A stretch of 64,000 bases of DNA from the human T2T-CHM13v2.0 reference genome, Homo sapiens, in assembly GCF_009914755.1 (NCBI RefSeq), contig NC_060940.1, one strand, 5' to 3'. This document shows, one piece after another, positions 26,648-43,904 of the stretch. The position numbers were made by a program, and so were the translations under genes. Below the pieces are notes generated by a model that was given only the letters and a program-made list of their open reading frames with translations, was not told where the DNA came from and ran no database searches. Each line of letters begins with the position of its first letter. Positions within the stretch are counted from its first letter, which is position 1.

Positions 26648-28350
26648 AGGAAATTTACTCTTAACAGCAAAGTGGTGCATACCTACAAGGTCCATCTCCA
26701 CGTAAGAAGAGTGATAAGACCCAAAGTGATTTCTTATTTCCTTTATCCAAGAGTGATCTGAATTACCATTAAACCATGCCACTAAGAGACCCAAGGAAAA
26801 GAACAGGAAATCCTGTCTCCTGCCCATTTTTTGCCCACCTCACCTGTGAATGGAGTGGATGCTTCAACATTAGAATCTAATTGTTGTTGCTCCTTTCCAT
26901 GCCTTCACTTGAATTTTCCCAATCCCTGCCTTTCTCCTGACTGCTTTACTGAACTGTTTATTACCAGAAACTTCAATTTCTTCTCTTCTACCCCTTTTTC
27001 CTTCCCCCCATTGTATAATCTGCAGTGTCATCCAAGTAATCCTCTTAAAACTAAGTCCTGACTCTCTCAACTACCCAAATCTTCCATGACTCTCAGTTAC
27101 CTCCTAACATTGAAAATCCTTACCTGGCATTTTATCCTTACTTTCTATTCCTTGTAGGTAGGGGGTCTATATAATTTATTGCTCAGATCAGGACACTTTC
27201 ATCTGGGACAAATGCAAGCCAAGTGGGATTCTTGAACATCAGGCAAAAGTCAGAATGTCTTAGGAAAACTGGGATGTAGGAATCACTCTCTCTGTAGATA
27301 CATCTTATCCCCAGGAAACTTAAATACTTATTTGCTAAACATGCCCAGAACTTGGCTGCCTCCATCTTTACACAGTATTTCCCATCTGCAAAGAGTATCC
27401 ACCTCTGTATTTAGACTTTTTCCCATTCTGCAACCCTTCCAGGTCGTGCTAAGGACCTTTTGTCTCAAGATGTGTTTGTTGACAACTTTTCAGCTCTAGA
27501 GCGGAAAGTTCGAACTCCTTCCTTCTTCCCACTGAACACTATCTATAACCCTTTTATGGCATTTAACTATAATATATATACTATAATGTAAGGGCCTTGA
27601 GGGAGCTACCATGACCAATTCATAGGTACAGCTAATATGCGTAAAAAGAGAATAGATGTTCGAAACTAAGGCAGATACTTCAGAAAGAATCAATACATGG
27701 TGAGTAACTTTAAAAGTGGCCATTTGATTAGGAATCAGTAAGAGGACTGTAAAAGGCTGCAGAAATATAAAAAGGGTCTGTACTCAATTGCTTGAGTTCC
27801 ATTTAGTTCTCACTTGTCTTAAAGAAGCTGAAGTAAAAATCATAGCCAATACACTGTAAGTATGGTTTAATGCAAGAAAGGTAATATGAAACCCCAATTA
27901 GGGAACTCATACCTAAAGGAAAGGGCTTGGCCCTAGAGAGGAAGAAAGATAAATGTAATTTACATATGCATGTGTGTTGTGGGTGTATTTAGGTAAAATA
28001 AAGACTTTAAGGCATCTAAGGTATCAAAAGATTTGTGATTCCCAGAATTAACTGACTTTTTCAAGTATCTGAAAAACCTAAAAGTCCCTGTTGCAGCTGA
28101 CGAAAGGATCAAAAAAAAAAAATCATGTTTTTTTCGGTCATTTTCAAGAAAGCTGCCTTTATTTAGTGAGTCTTCCATGTAATCAGGTTCTTCATCCAGA
28201 ATCCAAATAATTTCTCCAACATCAATTCCATCTGGCAACAAATGGTTAGAATTTGGGGGTGGAGGAAGACAAACAGGACAAGATAAAATCATTTTAGTAC
28301 TAGTAATCCTTCTAAATTTGTATTGTAGTAGAAGCCTTACACAGAGATAA

Positions 28351-28707
<357 letters not shown>

Positions 28708-28884
28708 TAACTATGTGTCTTTAAAAGCAAGAACCTACCCGTGGGATTGGCATATTACATACTTTTGTTCCTTTAATCTCAGAGAAACTATCATTCCCAT
28801 TTACAGATAGATACTCAGGTTCAAGCAGTTTATGTGTTCTTCAGTACAGGGCTACTTCAAATAATATTTGAAATAAACAGTTAT

Positions 28885-29397
28885 TATGATGGCTAAAACT
28901 GAGTGTCAACTTGATTGGATTGAAGGATGCAAAGTGTTGTCCCTGGGAGGGTCTGTGAGTGCCAAAGGAGATTAACATTTGAGTCAGTGGACTGGAAGAG
29001 GCAGACCCACCTTCAATCTGAGTGGGCACCATCTAATTAACTTCCAGCGTGACTAGGATAAAAGCAGGCAGAGGAATGTGGAAGGACTAGACTGGCTGAG
29101 TCTTCCAGCCTTCATCTTTCTCCCTTCCTGAATGCTTCCTGCCCTGGAACGTCAAATTCCAAGTTCTTCAGCTTTTGGACTCTTGGACCTTCCACCACAA
29201 ACTGAAGGCTGCACTGTTGGCTTCCCTCCTTTTGAGGTTTCAGGTCTCAGACTGGCTTCCTTGCTCCTCAGCTTGCAGATGGCCTATTGTGGGACTTCAC
29301 CTTGTGATCATGTGAGTCAATTCTGCTTAATAAACTCCCCTTTATATACAAATCTATCCTATTGGGTCTGTCCCTCTAGAGAACCCTTACTAATACA
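28885..29397 (+). mobile_element. MLT2A1/A2 (HERV-L) solo LTR with 5-bp TSD
   Basis: Starts 'tatgatggctaaaactgagtgtcaacttgattggattgaagg' and ends 'ctagagaacccttactaataca'. TSD GTTAT at 28880-28884 and 29398-29402. Confidence 0.92.
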
Positions 29398-29402
29398 GTT
29401 AT

Positions 29403-30267
<865 letters not shown>

Positions 30268-30412
30268 AGATACAAATAAATAAAAGCTAAAGTGCCTCTT
30301 AGAGCAATTCTGCTTTAATGATGTATTGTTACTACTCACAATATTCTAAGTATTATCTTTATGAAGGAGGAAATTTCAATGTAAAAAAATAGGAAGAATG
30401 AAGTATTGAGGA

Positions 30413-30609
30413 GGGGCTTGTAAACTCAAAGTCATACACAGGCCATGCAGCTAATGTAAATGAATGAGAGGGGCCAAGTATGTTAGTAAGGAGCTTTCCT
30501 CATCAAAGAGAAATGGGAGATCTGGGTTTTATGTGAACTCACCTGGTTTTCTAAAATGCTTTGTGGATAGGAAGACTACGAATCACAAGCTACCAGTTTG
30601 CTATTTCTG
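30413..30609. mobile_element. MER102-like hAT-Charlie element
   Basis: 'aaactcaaa...ggccatgcagctaatgtaaatgaatga', 'gatctgggttttatgtgaa', terminal 'ccagtttgctatttctg'. Confidence 0.6.
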
Positions 30610-31189
30610 TAATTGATAGAAAATACTCATTTATTTGATAAATATATATTGAAATGACTACTGTTTGCCTGGGAATTTTCTAGGCCCTCAAAGTTAATAA
30701 CAGGCAAACTCCTGTTCTTTATAAAGAGTGAGTTTTCCCATATCATTAACAAAATCCCCTGGTTAGGAGAAAATGAGTTTACTCTTATCTTGCACATCGA
30801 CTTTGTAGAAACAGAAATAACTGTCCATCTGTTCTGAAACTTTATAGAATCATTATTTGTTCCATTGGCCCAACAAATGGGCTGTCATCAGTAATTGCCC
30901 AGTGTACTGTGAATACTTTCACTGACATTGTGTCAAGTCTAACTCAGATTTCTGAAAGATTCTTTGATCAGTGTTCAAACACTTTACTGCTGTACTCACA
31001 TACCTTGCACTTTAAAGTTAGAACATTTTTACAGTGAAATGCTCTCTATCTTTTGTAATAAATATGTGATGAATATGCCCTCCTCTACTCTGCTAAGTCA
31101 TCCCAAGAAATATCTGAACCCCAAAGGGATCACACAAATTAGTAACCCTTCCTGTTATTATAGCTATCATTAAACAATAACCTTTAAGG

Positions 31190-33955
31190 CTTTTATTTCC
31201 AGCCAAGATGCAGTAACAGAGACCCTTACTTCCTCAACAGAGAAAATTCACACAAAATATGTAAAACAATGGTTTTCAAGACATTGGCCATTGGTCAACA
31301 AAGGACAGTGGTTCCTGGGAGGAAGAAACGAATGAGGGGAGTGCCAAAGTTATCCAAGCTTACTCCATTGAGAGAGTTTCCAGCCCAGAGCACAGGAAGG
31401 GAAGCCCAGGTAGAGCTGGGTAGAGTCACTGATTGAGGATAAAGACACGAGAGTCCAAAAAGAGCAAGACAGCTAGAGTTCATAGGACAGAGCACCAGAG
31501 AGGAAAGAGTCACATAGAGAGAGATTCAGTACATCTGCAGAGAATTCCCCTGGAGTATTCAGCATAGTACCTGGCAAATATCTGGCATCCAATCAAAACT
31601 TACCAGGCTTGCAAATAAATTGGAAAATAGATTCCATAAGAGGGAGAAAAATCAGTCCATTGAAGCCAACACAGAATTGACCCTAATGGAAGGTATATTA
31701 AAATTATTATAATTGTATTCTAGATATAAAACAAGAACTAGAAGAAAGATTATACATGCTAAGTAGAAACATGGAGGAGATAAAAAACATCCATATTGAA
31801 TTTAGGGAAATAAAAACTACAATGTATAAGAGGAAAAATACACTGAATAAGATTAGACATTGCGAAGGAAAAGATTAGTAAATTTAAAGACATAAAAGCA
31901 GAAACTACCCAAAATGTAAAAGAGAAAGAAACAGGGAATAAGAGAAAGATGAACAGAGCATCAGTGAGCTGTGGGACAACTTCAAGCAGTGTAATGTATG
32001 TGTGATTGGAGTGCGTGAAGGATTACAGAGACAGAAAATAAATTTGAAGAAATAATGGCTGATTTTTCAGAATGCACGCATTCTTTTCAACTTCACACAG
32101 AACATTTACCAAGACAGATCATATTATGAGCCATAAAACAAATAAATAAATTTTAAAGGATTTAAGTCATACAAAATATGTTCCCAGACTCCAATACAGT
32201 TAAATAAAACATTAATAATACAATGATATGTAGAAAACCCCCAAACATTTGGAAACTAATTCATTTTTTAAAAATTCATGGATTTAAAAAAAAATCGAAA
32301 GGTGTATTACATAGTATTTTGAAACTAATGAAAATAAAAGCATTCATATTAGCATTTTCATGGAATACTACTAAAACATTACTTAGAAAGAAATTTATAG
32401 CCCCAAATGGCTATATTAGAGAAGAAAAAAGGTCTCAAATCAATGCCCTTACCTTTCACTCTATGAAACCAGAAAGAGAATTACAAATGAAACCTAAAGT
32501 AAAAGAAAAAAAAAGAAAGTAATAAAGATTAGAGCGGAAATCAATTTAATGTTTAAAAAGAGAAAAATTAATGAAACCAAAAGCTAGGTCTTTGGGAAGA
32601 TCAATAAAATTGATAAATCTCTAGCCCAACTAATCAGGAAAAAAAGAAGACACAAATTGCCAGTAGCAGGTATAAAAAAGTCTACATATCATATCACTAT
32701 TAAGTCTACAGACATTAAGAGAACTATAAGGGGATACTATAATGATATTATAAATAATTGTATGTTGATTCTTTTAACAGCTTACATGAAATAGACAAAT
32801 TCCTTGAAAGACCTAAAATAACAAAGTTCACAAAGAAGAAATAGATATCCTGAATAGGCCTATATTTATAAATGAAATTAGGTTTATAGCTAAAAACCTT
32901 CAAACAAAAAAACACTCCAGGCCCAGATGACTTTACTGGAAAATTTTACTAAAACCTATAATGAAAAAATAATACCAATTCTACACAAATTCTTTGAGAA
33001 ATTGTACGAAGACAGAATTATTCCCAACTTCTTTTATGAAGCTAACATTGCCCTGATACTAAATCCAGACAAAGATATTATGAGATGAGAGAACTACAGA
33101 GAAAAATTTCTCATGAATATAGATGTAAAAATTCTCTAAATTTTAGGAAATTGACTCAAATAACATATAAAAATGATAATACCTCATGACTATGTGAGAT
33201 TTATTCCAAGAATGCAAGATTGGTTTACCACTTAAAAATCAGTCAATATAATTCATTATATTAATAACAAAAATATATAATCATCTTAAACATGCAAAAA
33301 ACATTGACAAAATCACACATCCATATCCATTCCTGATAAAACCCTCAGCAAACTAGATATATAAAGGAACTTCCTCAACCTAATAAAGAGGTTCCATGGA
33401 AAACCCATAGCAAACCTGATACTTAAGACTGAAAGACTGACTGCTTTCTTTCTAATACTAGGTATAAGACAAAATGTCTACTCTTACCACTTCTATTCAA
33501 CATTGTACTGCATAGTCAAGCTGTCAATAAGGCAAGGAAAAGAAATAAAAGGCATCCTATTTCTTTTCCTTGAGTAAAACTGTCTTTATCCACAGACGAT
33601 ATGAGAGTCCATAGAGAAAATATAATAAAATCCATCAAAAAGCTAAAAGAACAAATAAATGAATTCAGCAAGTTTGCAGGATATAAGACTATATGTAAAA
33701 AATCATTTTTATTTCTCTTTACTAACAACAATCAGAAATTAAAATTTAAAAGCAATATCATTTATGACAGCGTTGAAAAGATTAAATATTTGTAGATAAA
33801 CCTGACAAAAGATGTGCAAGACTTATATATTAAAAACTACAAAACATTGTTTAGAGACATTAAAGACGACCTAAATAAATGGAGAAATATGTTCTATGTT
33901 CACTAATTGAAAGATTTGTATGTTAAGGTGTAAATCCTCCTAAATTGAATTATTT
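31190..33955 (+). mobile_element. Old L1M element: 5'UTR, ORF1 remnant and ORF2 EN/RT remnant, internally deleted and 3'-truncated
   Basis: 5' 'ttccagccaagatg...ggttttcaagacattgg'; ORF1-like 'gagcatcagtgagctgtgggacaacttcaagc'; ORF2 remnants (KFIAPNGYIREEKRSQIN, EFSKFAGYK in ORFs 32223 and 33601). Confidence 0.85.
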
Positions 33956-34424
33956 GATGTTGGCCAGATGAGAGAGTTACAAATTTTCCCTCTACAGTGA
34001 AGAATCACCAAGCCTTCAGTTTCCTTCAAAAATCCAACTTCTGGATCTTTCTGTAGCCCTCTGCTTCACGTTTCTGCATTATACAACAAAGCTCTGGCTT
34101 TTCTATTCCTTAAAACACTTATACAATATTAAAGATGAGACAAGGAGCCACAAAGATTCCAGTTTTGCTTCAAAGATACCTCTCAGGGCATCTGAACTCC
34201 ATAAATCTACCTGGCATCAGCATGGCATGAGCTAATATCATAAGAAGAAGCCTGATGTGATTGCAGGAAAACACAAAACAAAGAACATACAAAGAAGAAA
34301 AGTTATCTTTGCCTTTTCTTGTGTAAATATGAATTCATCCTTAACAACTGCAAAATATGCACCAAAGAGTCAATACTACTTTCCTTATACATTCACAACA
34401 TGCATGAGTACATTATGTGACTCA

Positions 34425-34640
34425 GAACAGAGTCCAGAGGTGGTCTGCATTCAAATTCTAGCTCCACCACAAATTTTCTGGGTTTAAATGGCTTAACTTC
34501 TCTGTCTCCATAAACTGGAGAGAATGCACAAATCTAAATCACAGAATTATTGGGAGGATTCAATGAGACTTTCAACATGAAGCACTTAACACAGTACCTG
34601 GAGCATAATTAAGTGTTCATTAAATAGTAACAATGTTTAT
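34425..34640 (+). mobile_element. MIR SINE
   Basis: 'ttcaaattctagctccacc...cttaacttctctgtctcc...gcacttaacacagtacctgg'. Confidence 0.75.
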
Positions 34641-36819
34641 AATTATTACATTTATTAATGATGACAATTATTATGATTAACATTTTTAGTGACACCTGAG
34701 ATTTTGTCACCTTTTATATTGAATTCAATGTTTTTTAGGGTCTGGCATGTGAAATGTATGAGCTAGGAAATGTAAAAATAATGCATAATGCTTACATTTA
34801 AGAGTTTTCAATTTAAAGGGAAGAAGGAAAGGTGAAGGGGGCATTTATAGTCTTATTCTGTCTTCTACAAGCATTCTTCTTGGGGCTATAGCTGTTAGGA
34901 AAATCCCCTCTACTATTAACATTTATGAAGCCATGGATTTGTGTTGTAGAAGGCATATCTCACTGTTCTGCCCTTTCTGCATTTGCTTCACCTGTGTTTA
35001 AGGGGGAATAAAGCTGTGTCAAGGAGAAAAGGTCACCCACCCATATTGGTGTTTCCTCGGAGAAGTTGTCTGAGTAGACTGCAGAGGGACAGTGGTGCCC
35101 GGACCAGACACCATGGGGCTAGGGGCAGAGTCATCCTATACCTCTGAGCCCACCTGATTGGGAGCATTGTCCCAGGCTACCTCCATGCCAGGGGAGAAGT
35201 AGCCTGTCTAAGCCCCCAAAAGCTTTCTCATGGAGGGAGAAAAAAGGGAAGCTGTCAGCTTAAATAGCTGAACACAGAAGGTTTAATCAGTAGAGAGCCC
35301 CTCATTCAAGTAACATGAGACCTGGGAGAAAAAGGCAAGAGAAGAGCTGGAATCCAGTCAGGGTTTTTTTCCCCTTTCTTTCTTTTGCCAAAGCTCTTAT
35401 TGGCTATGGGGGAAGGGAGGAAAAGAGAAGAGTTGCATGACACAAAAGAGACTGCTCAGAGCTGATGCCAATTTTGTACCTTAGAATTACTGAGTTGAGG
35501 GGTATTGGGGCCTCTCCCCAGATCTCAGTAGATGAGTGAAAATGCTTCTTTCAAAGCCATTTACTCAAGGAAAGCAAAGCATACCATTAGGAATCAATGC
35601 CAAGGTTTGGTGGGGGTTTTGCTGCATTTGGAAGGAGGGGTAAAAATTCATGATAAAAAGTAAAGATGTTAAAGAGGTAAAAACAAATAGTATAGTAGAG
35701 TGAAAAAAAGAAATCCTGTCATTTGATAGCTGGTAGGGAGCTTTGCTTATGGGGTGCACTGTATATGTAAGTGGTTCATGTCTCTGGGCTTCTTTGGGTG
35801 GAAGGTTCTATAAGGTAACAATGAAATAAGAAGACAGCCAAACTTTTTTGCATAGAAAGTTAATGGGAATTTAGAACTGGACAGAGCAGCAAGGGATAAG
35901 GTGAGAACACCATGGTGGAAGGCAGAGCATACAGCGAAGAGTAATGATTGGGAAATTCTGGCATGTTTTTAAAAGATTTGATGTTGAATATGTACTTTTA
36001 AGTTGTTTGCAATTTCAAAATGTCAGCATCTCTGCCACTCAGGCTTAGAGCAAAATCTGCTCAACCCACCAAAGCCTGGTGGGAACAGCTTGGGGTAAGC
36101 AAGGTAAGCGGGCTATATTCCTAATCTGGGAGGCAGAGAAAGAGAACAGAAGCCAGATGTGAGAACTGAATATGTTTTAGAGTCCACTAATTCCACTAAT
36201 TTGACAGAGAATTTTCACACACTCCCTCCCTCCCCCTGCTCTAGCTCCTTTTCCCCCACAACACAAACGTGAATCCCCAAGGAAGAAACACTGCCCTTTC
36301 CCTCTGCAGGTGGGATGGGAATTCGTGCCAAATTTTATATACATCCAAAGGGCAGAGTGACCTCAGCTTATCCTTGGGTTAAATTAATTAGCACACAAAG
36401 CAAAACTTGGTCACTGAGAACTTCCCAAAAGAGCATATGAGACAAGACTCTTCCAGCTGCAAATTGGCTTAAGCACAAAGAGCAACTTAGCCCCGGAAGC
36501 CCAAACCATGGAAAAGGGAGGAGTGAAAGCAGTTTCAAGACTGATAACATCCAAAGCTTCAAATATTGTAGGGGACCCCCCTCCATCTTCCATTTGTCCC
36601 TCTTTCAGTGGGTCTGTTTCATTCTTTCTACAGAAACTCATCCCTGTAGATTTTTAGGTTAGCTTCCAGAGGAAGGTAATTTGTCCAAACAAACAAAATA
36701 TACCCAGAAAGTATGGAGAAAACATTACACAGTGTATGTTACATCAATCATACTTCTAGATGTTGATGCCAAAAAAGCTTTCTGATTTTCGTCTTTGATA
36801 GGTTGGCAGTACACCTTAC

Positions 36820-37044
36820 TCCAGGAGTGGGTTTCTCACAAAAGGATAAGTTCTGCCCCCTTTTGTCACTCTTTCTTGTTCAGGCTTCTGCCATGGGACA
36901 ACACAACCAGAAAGCCCTCACCAAGTGCAGGTCCTTCAAACTTTGACTTCCCAGCCTCCAGAACTGTGAGAAACAAATTTCAGTTCCTTATAAATTACTC
37001 AGTCCGTGGTATTCGGTTATAGTAGCACAATACACACTAACATA
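36820..37044 (+). mobile_element. MST (MaLR) LTR 3' half
   Basis: 'gacttcccagcctccagaactgtgagaaacaaatttcagttccttataaattactcagtc...gtattcggttatagtagcac'. Confidence 0.85.
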
Positions 37045-37069
37045 TACCATGTACTTTTTCTTCAATGTA

Positions 37070-37285
37070 CCCATCATATTTGTGATTTTATGTTTAGGTG
37101 ATTCTTTGATTAATGTAAGCTCCATGACGGCAGGAATCATGTCTATTTTGCTACTGTTACTTCCCCAGCACCCAGCACATGGCCTGCCACAAAATACGTA
37201 CTTCATAACTATTTTGAGTAAATGAACAAATGAATGAACTAATGAATAAGCACATGAAAGAATAAATTGATGGATGAATGGATGA
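37070..37285 (+). mobile_element. L2 3' end
   Basis: 'atgtaagctccatgacggcaggaatcatgtctattttg...ccagcacccagcacatggcctg...aatgaatgaa'. Confidence 0.8.
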
Positions 37286-37504
37286 GGAAGGAGGACTAGG
37301 GTAATAATCAAGAATAATGGGGGTTCCAAGATGGCTGAATAGGAACAGCTCCAGTGTACAGCTCCAAGTGTGAGTGACGCAGAAGATGGGTGATTTCTGC
37401 ATTTCCAACTGAGGTACTGGGTTCATCTCACTGGGGCTTGTCAGACAGTGGGGGCAGGACACTGGGTGCAGCTCACTGAGCATGAGCCAAAGCAGGGCAA
37501 GGCA

Positions 37505-37768
37505 TCACCTCACCCAGGAAGTGCAAGGGGTCAGGGAATTCCCTTTCCTAGCCAAGGGAAGACATAATGGATGGCACCTGGAAAATCGGGTCACTCCCAT
37601 CCTAATACTATGCTTTTCCAACAGTCTTAGCAAACGGCACACCAGGAGATAATATCCTGCGCCTGGCTCAGAGGGTCCCATGTCCACGGAGCCTCGCTCA
37701 TTGCTAGCACAGCAGTCTGAGATTGAACTGTAAGGCAGCAGCGAGGCTGGGGGAGGGGCGCCTGCCTT
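37505..37768 (-). pseudogene. L1 ORF0 frame (canonical ATG mutated to AAG; frame still open)
   Basis: Translation KAGAPPPASLLPYSSISDCCASNERGSVDMGPSEPGAGYYLLVCRLLRLLEKHSIRMGVTRFSRC... aligns with the known L1 ORF0 sequence. Confidence 0.75.
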
Positions 37769-38344
37769 TGCTGAGGCTTGAGTAGGTAAACAAAGCGGCT
37801 AGGAAGCTAGAACTGGGTGGAGCCCACTGCAGCTCAAGAAGTTGTGCCTGCCTCTGTAGACTCCACCTCTTAGGGCAGGGCATAGCCAAACAAAAGGCAG
37901 CAGAAACCTCTGCAGACTTAAATGTCACTGTCTGACAGCTTTGAAGAGAGTAGTGGTTCTCCCAGCATGGAGTTTGAGATCTGAGAACGGACAGACTGCC
38001 TCCTCAAGTGGGTCCCTGACCCCCGAGTAGCCTAACTGGGAGGCACCCCCCAGCAGGGGCAGACTGACACCTCACACAGCTGGGTACCCCTCTGAGATGA
38101 AGCTTCCAGAGGAACAATCAGGCAGCAGCAACATTTGCTGTTCAGCAATATTCGCTGTTCTGCAGCCTCCGCTGCTGATACCCAGGCAAACAAGGCCTGG
38201 AGTGGCTCCAGCAAACTCCAACAGACCTGCAGCTGAGGGTCCTGGCTGTTAGAAGGAAAACTAACAAACAGAAAGGACATCCACACCAGAACTCCATATG
38301 TATGTCACCATCATCAAAGACCAAAGGTAGATAAAGCCACAAAG

Positions 38345-39361
38345 ATGGGGAAAAAACAGAGCAGAAAAGCCGAAAATTCTAAAAATCAGAGTGCCCCTCC
38401 CCCTCCAAAGGAATGCAGCTCCTCGCCAGCAATGAAACAAAGCTGGACAGAGAATGACTTTGACGAATTGAGAGAAGAAGGCTTCAGACGATCAAACTTC
38501 TCCTAGCTAAAGGAAGAAGTTCGAAACCATTGCAAAGAAGCTAAAAACCTTGAAAAAAGATTAGACGAATGGCTAACTAGAATAAACATTGTGGAGAAGT
38601 CCTTAAATGACCTGATGGAGCTGAAAACCATGGCACGAGAACTACATGACGAATGCACAAGCTTCAGTAGCTGATTCAATCAACTGGAAGAAAGGGTATC
38701 AGTGATTGAAGATAAAATGAATGAAATGAAGCGAGAAGAGAAGTTTAGAGAAAAAAGAGTAAAAAGAAATGAAAAAAATCTCCAAGAAATACGGGACTAT
38801 GTGAAAAGACCAAATCTATGTCTGGTTGGTGTACCTGAAAGTGATGGGGAGAATGGAACCAAGTTGGAAAACACTCTGCAGGATATTATCCAGGAGAACT
38901 TCCCCAACCTAGCAAGGCAGGCCAACATTCAAATTCAGGAAATACAGGGAACGCCACAAAGATACTCCTCTAGAAGAGCAACTCTAAGACACATAATTGT
39001 CAGATTCACCAGAGTTGAAATGAAGGAAAAAATGTTAAGGGCAGCCAGAGAGAAAGGTCGGGTTACCCACAAAGGGAAGACCATCAGACTAACAGCAGCT
39101 CTCTTGGCAGAAATTCTACAAGCCAGAAGAGAGTGGGGGCCAATATTCAACATTATTAAAGAAAAGAATTTTCAACCCAGAATTGCATATCCAGGCAAAC
39201 TAAGCTTCATAAGTGAAGGAGAAATAAAATCCATTACAGACAAGCAAAGGCTGACAGATTTTGTCACCACCAGACCTGCCCTACAAGAGCTCCTGAAGGA
39301 AGCACTAAACATGGAAAGGAAAAACCGGTACAAGCCACTGCAGAAACATGCCAAATTGTAA
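38345..39361 (+). pseudogene. L1 ORF1p, full length (338 codons) with two nonsense codons
   Basis: ATGGGGAAAAAACAG start; in-frame TAG at 38504 and TGA at 38672; C-terminal 219 aa open (ORF 38702-39361, ...YKPLQKHAKL). Confidence 0.93.
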
Positions 39362-39423
39362 AGACCATTGATGCTAGGAAGAAACTTCATCACTAACGAG
39401 CAAAATAACCAGCTAACATAATA

Positions 39424-43234
<3,811 letters not shown>

Positions 43235-43785
43235 ACAGTGAAAACACTTGGACACAGGAAGGGGAACATCACACTCCAGGGCCTGTCGTGGGGTTGGGGG
43301 AGGGAGGAGGGATAGCATTAGTAGATATACCTAATGTAAATGACGAGTTAATGGGTGCAGCACACCAACATGGCACATGTATACATGTGTAACAAACCTG
43401 CAAGTTGTGCACATGTACCCTAAAGTATAATAAAAAAAAAGAATAATGGCTTTCAGGCATTGTATATTTTCTTTTAAATTAAAGGGGAGGGAACATTTAT
43501 ATTGCTCTGCATATGTGACTGACATTAAGCTACATATTGTGGATTTGATTTAAAATCAGATCATCCTGATTCTAATGCCCATGGCCTATTAACTCTACTC
43601 TGTGGCCTTCTACAAACCAGATGATAAGTTGGAAACCAAGGAAACTAAGAAATGCAGAAGAATCAATTATTTCTTAAAGATATTTATAATCTATAGGGCC
43701 AATGAACATCAGTTTATATAACAGACACTTAGGTATCACTTGCTGTGTGCCAGGCATGGTTCTAATGCTTTACAAATATTAACTC

Positions 43786-43874
43786 GTTGCAGTGAGCTGT
43801 GTTCTAGTGACTGCACTCCAGCCTGGGTGACGAAGCAAGACGGTGTCTCAAACAAACAAACAAAACAAAACAAA
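43786..43874 (+). mobile_element. 5'-truncated Alu (right-arm 3' end) inserted into a MIR
   Basis: gttgcagtgagctg...gcactccagcctgggtgac...gtctca followed by (AAAC)n; antisense MIR sequence upstream (43720-43785) resumes at about 44870 and 45180-45325. Confidence 0.85.
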
Positions 43875-43904
43875 TATATATATATATAAAATATATATAT
43901 AATA

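Noticed and set aside
27960-28292. 110-aa ORF considered as a processed pseudogene
   Set aside because: No recognisable parent protein, poly-A or TSD; retained only as a splice-acceptor candidate.
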